DNA of 63,552 nucleotides, filler included, from Octopus bimaculoides (taxonomy: Eukaryota): assembly GCF_001194135.2 (NCBI RefSeq). It is 7 parts of 7 records of this genome, joined end to end, with 100 filler letters (N's around TTAATTAATTAA, not from the genome) between each part and the next. Parts side by side here need not be neighbours in the genome. Positions count along the whole stretch, not along the records: positions 62,024 to 63,552 come from NW_026341565.1; 6 more parts are not named here. The stretch is one strand, 5' to 3'. Each line of letters opens with the position of its first letter. The stretch's first letter is position 1. Under the pieces are notes generated by a model that did not search any database, was not told the origin of the DNA, and saw only the letters and a list, made by a program, of their open reading frames with translations. Positions 63,518-63,552 of this stretch are shown one piece after another. The position numbers and the translations under genes were made by a program.

Positions 63518-63552
<35 letters not shown>

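Overview
AT-rich, microsatellite-saturated animal genomic DNA from a gapped draft assembly. The SINE families look like those I associate with Octopus; this is recall, not a search result. I found no intact host protein-coding gene, rRNA, true tRNA or CRISPR array, and almost all ORFs in the supplied track are microsatellite or N-run artefacts. Six identical artificial 100-bp spacers (44N-TTAATTAATTAA-44N) show the window is seven unrelated scaffolds joined together, so proximity across spacers is meaningless. Recognisable content is mobile DNA: several tRNA-derived SINE families, R4/Dong-like and CRE/NeSL-like RLE LINE fragments, L1-Tx1 and RTE LINE fragments, a decayed Gypsy gag-pol, a probable Penelope-like remnant, hAT and mariner remnants, and a hAT MITE. 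The most interesting signal is a set of about eight type I hammerhead-ribozyme-like motifs from at least five unrelated repeat contexts, several with long stem II insertions and palindromic (dimer-type) stem III. Also notable: a 366-bp nested palindrome centred on inverted hammerhead units, a same-strand pile-up of (AAT)n/(AAC)n-associated LINEs at 39-47 kb, and a cluster of nine TAATCC (K50 homeodomain) sites.
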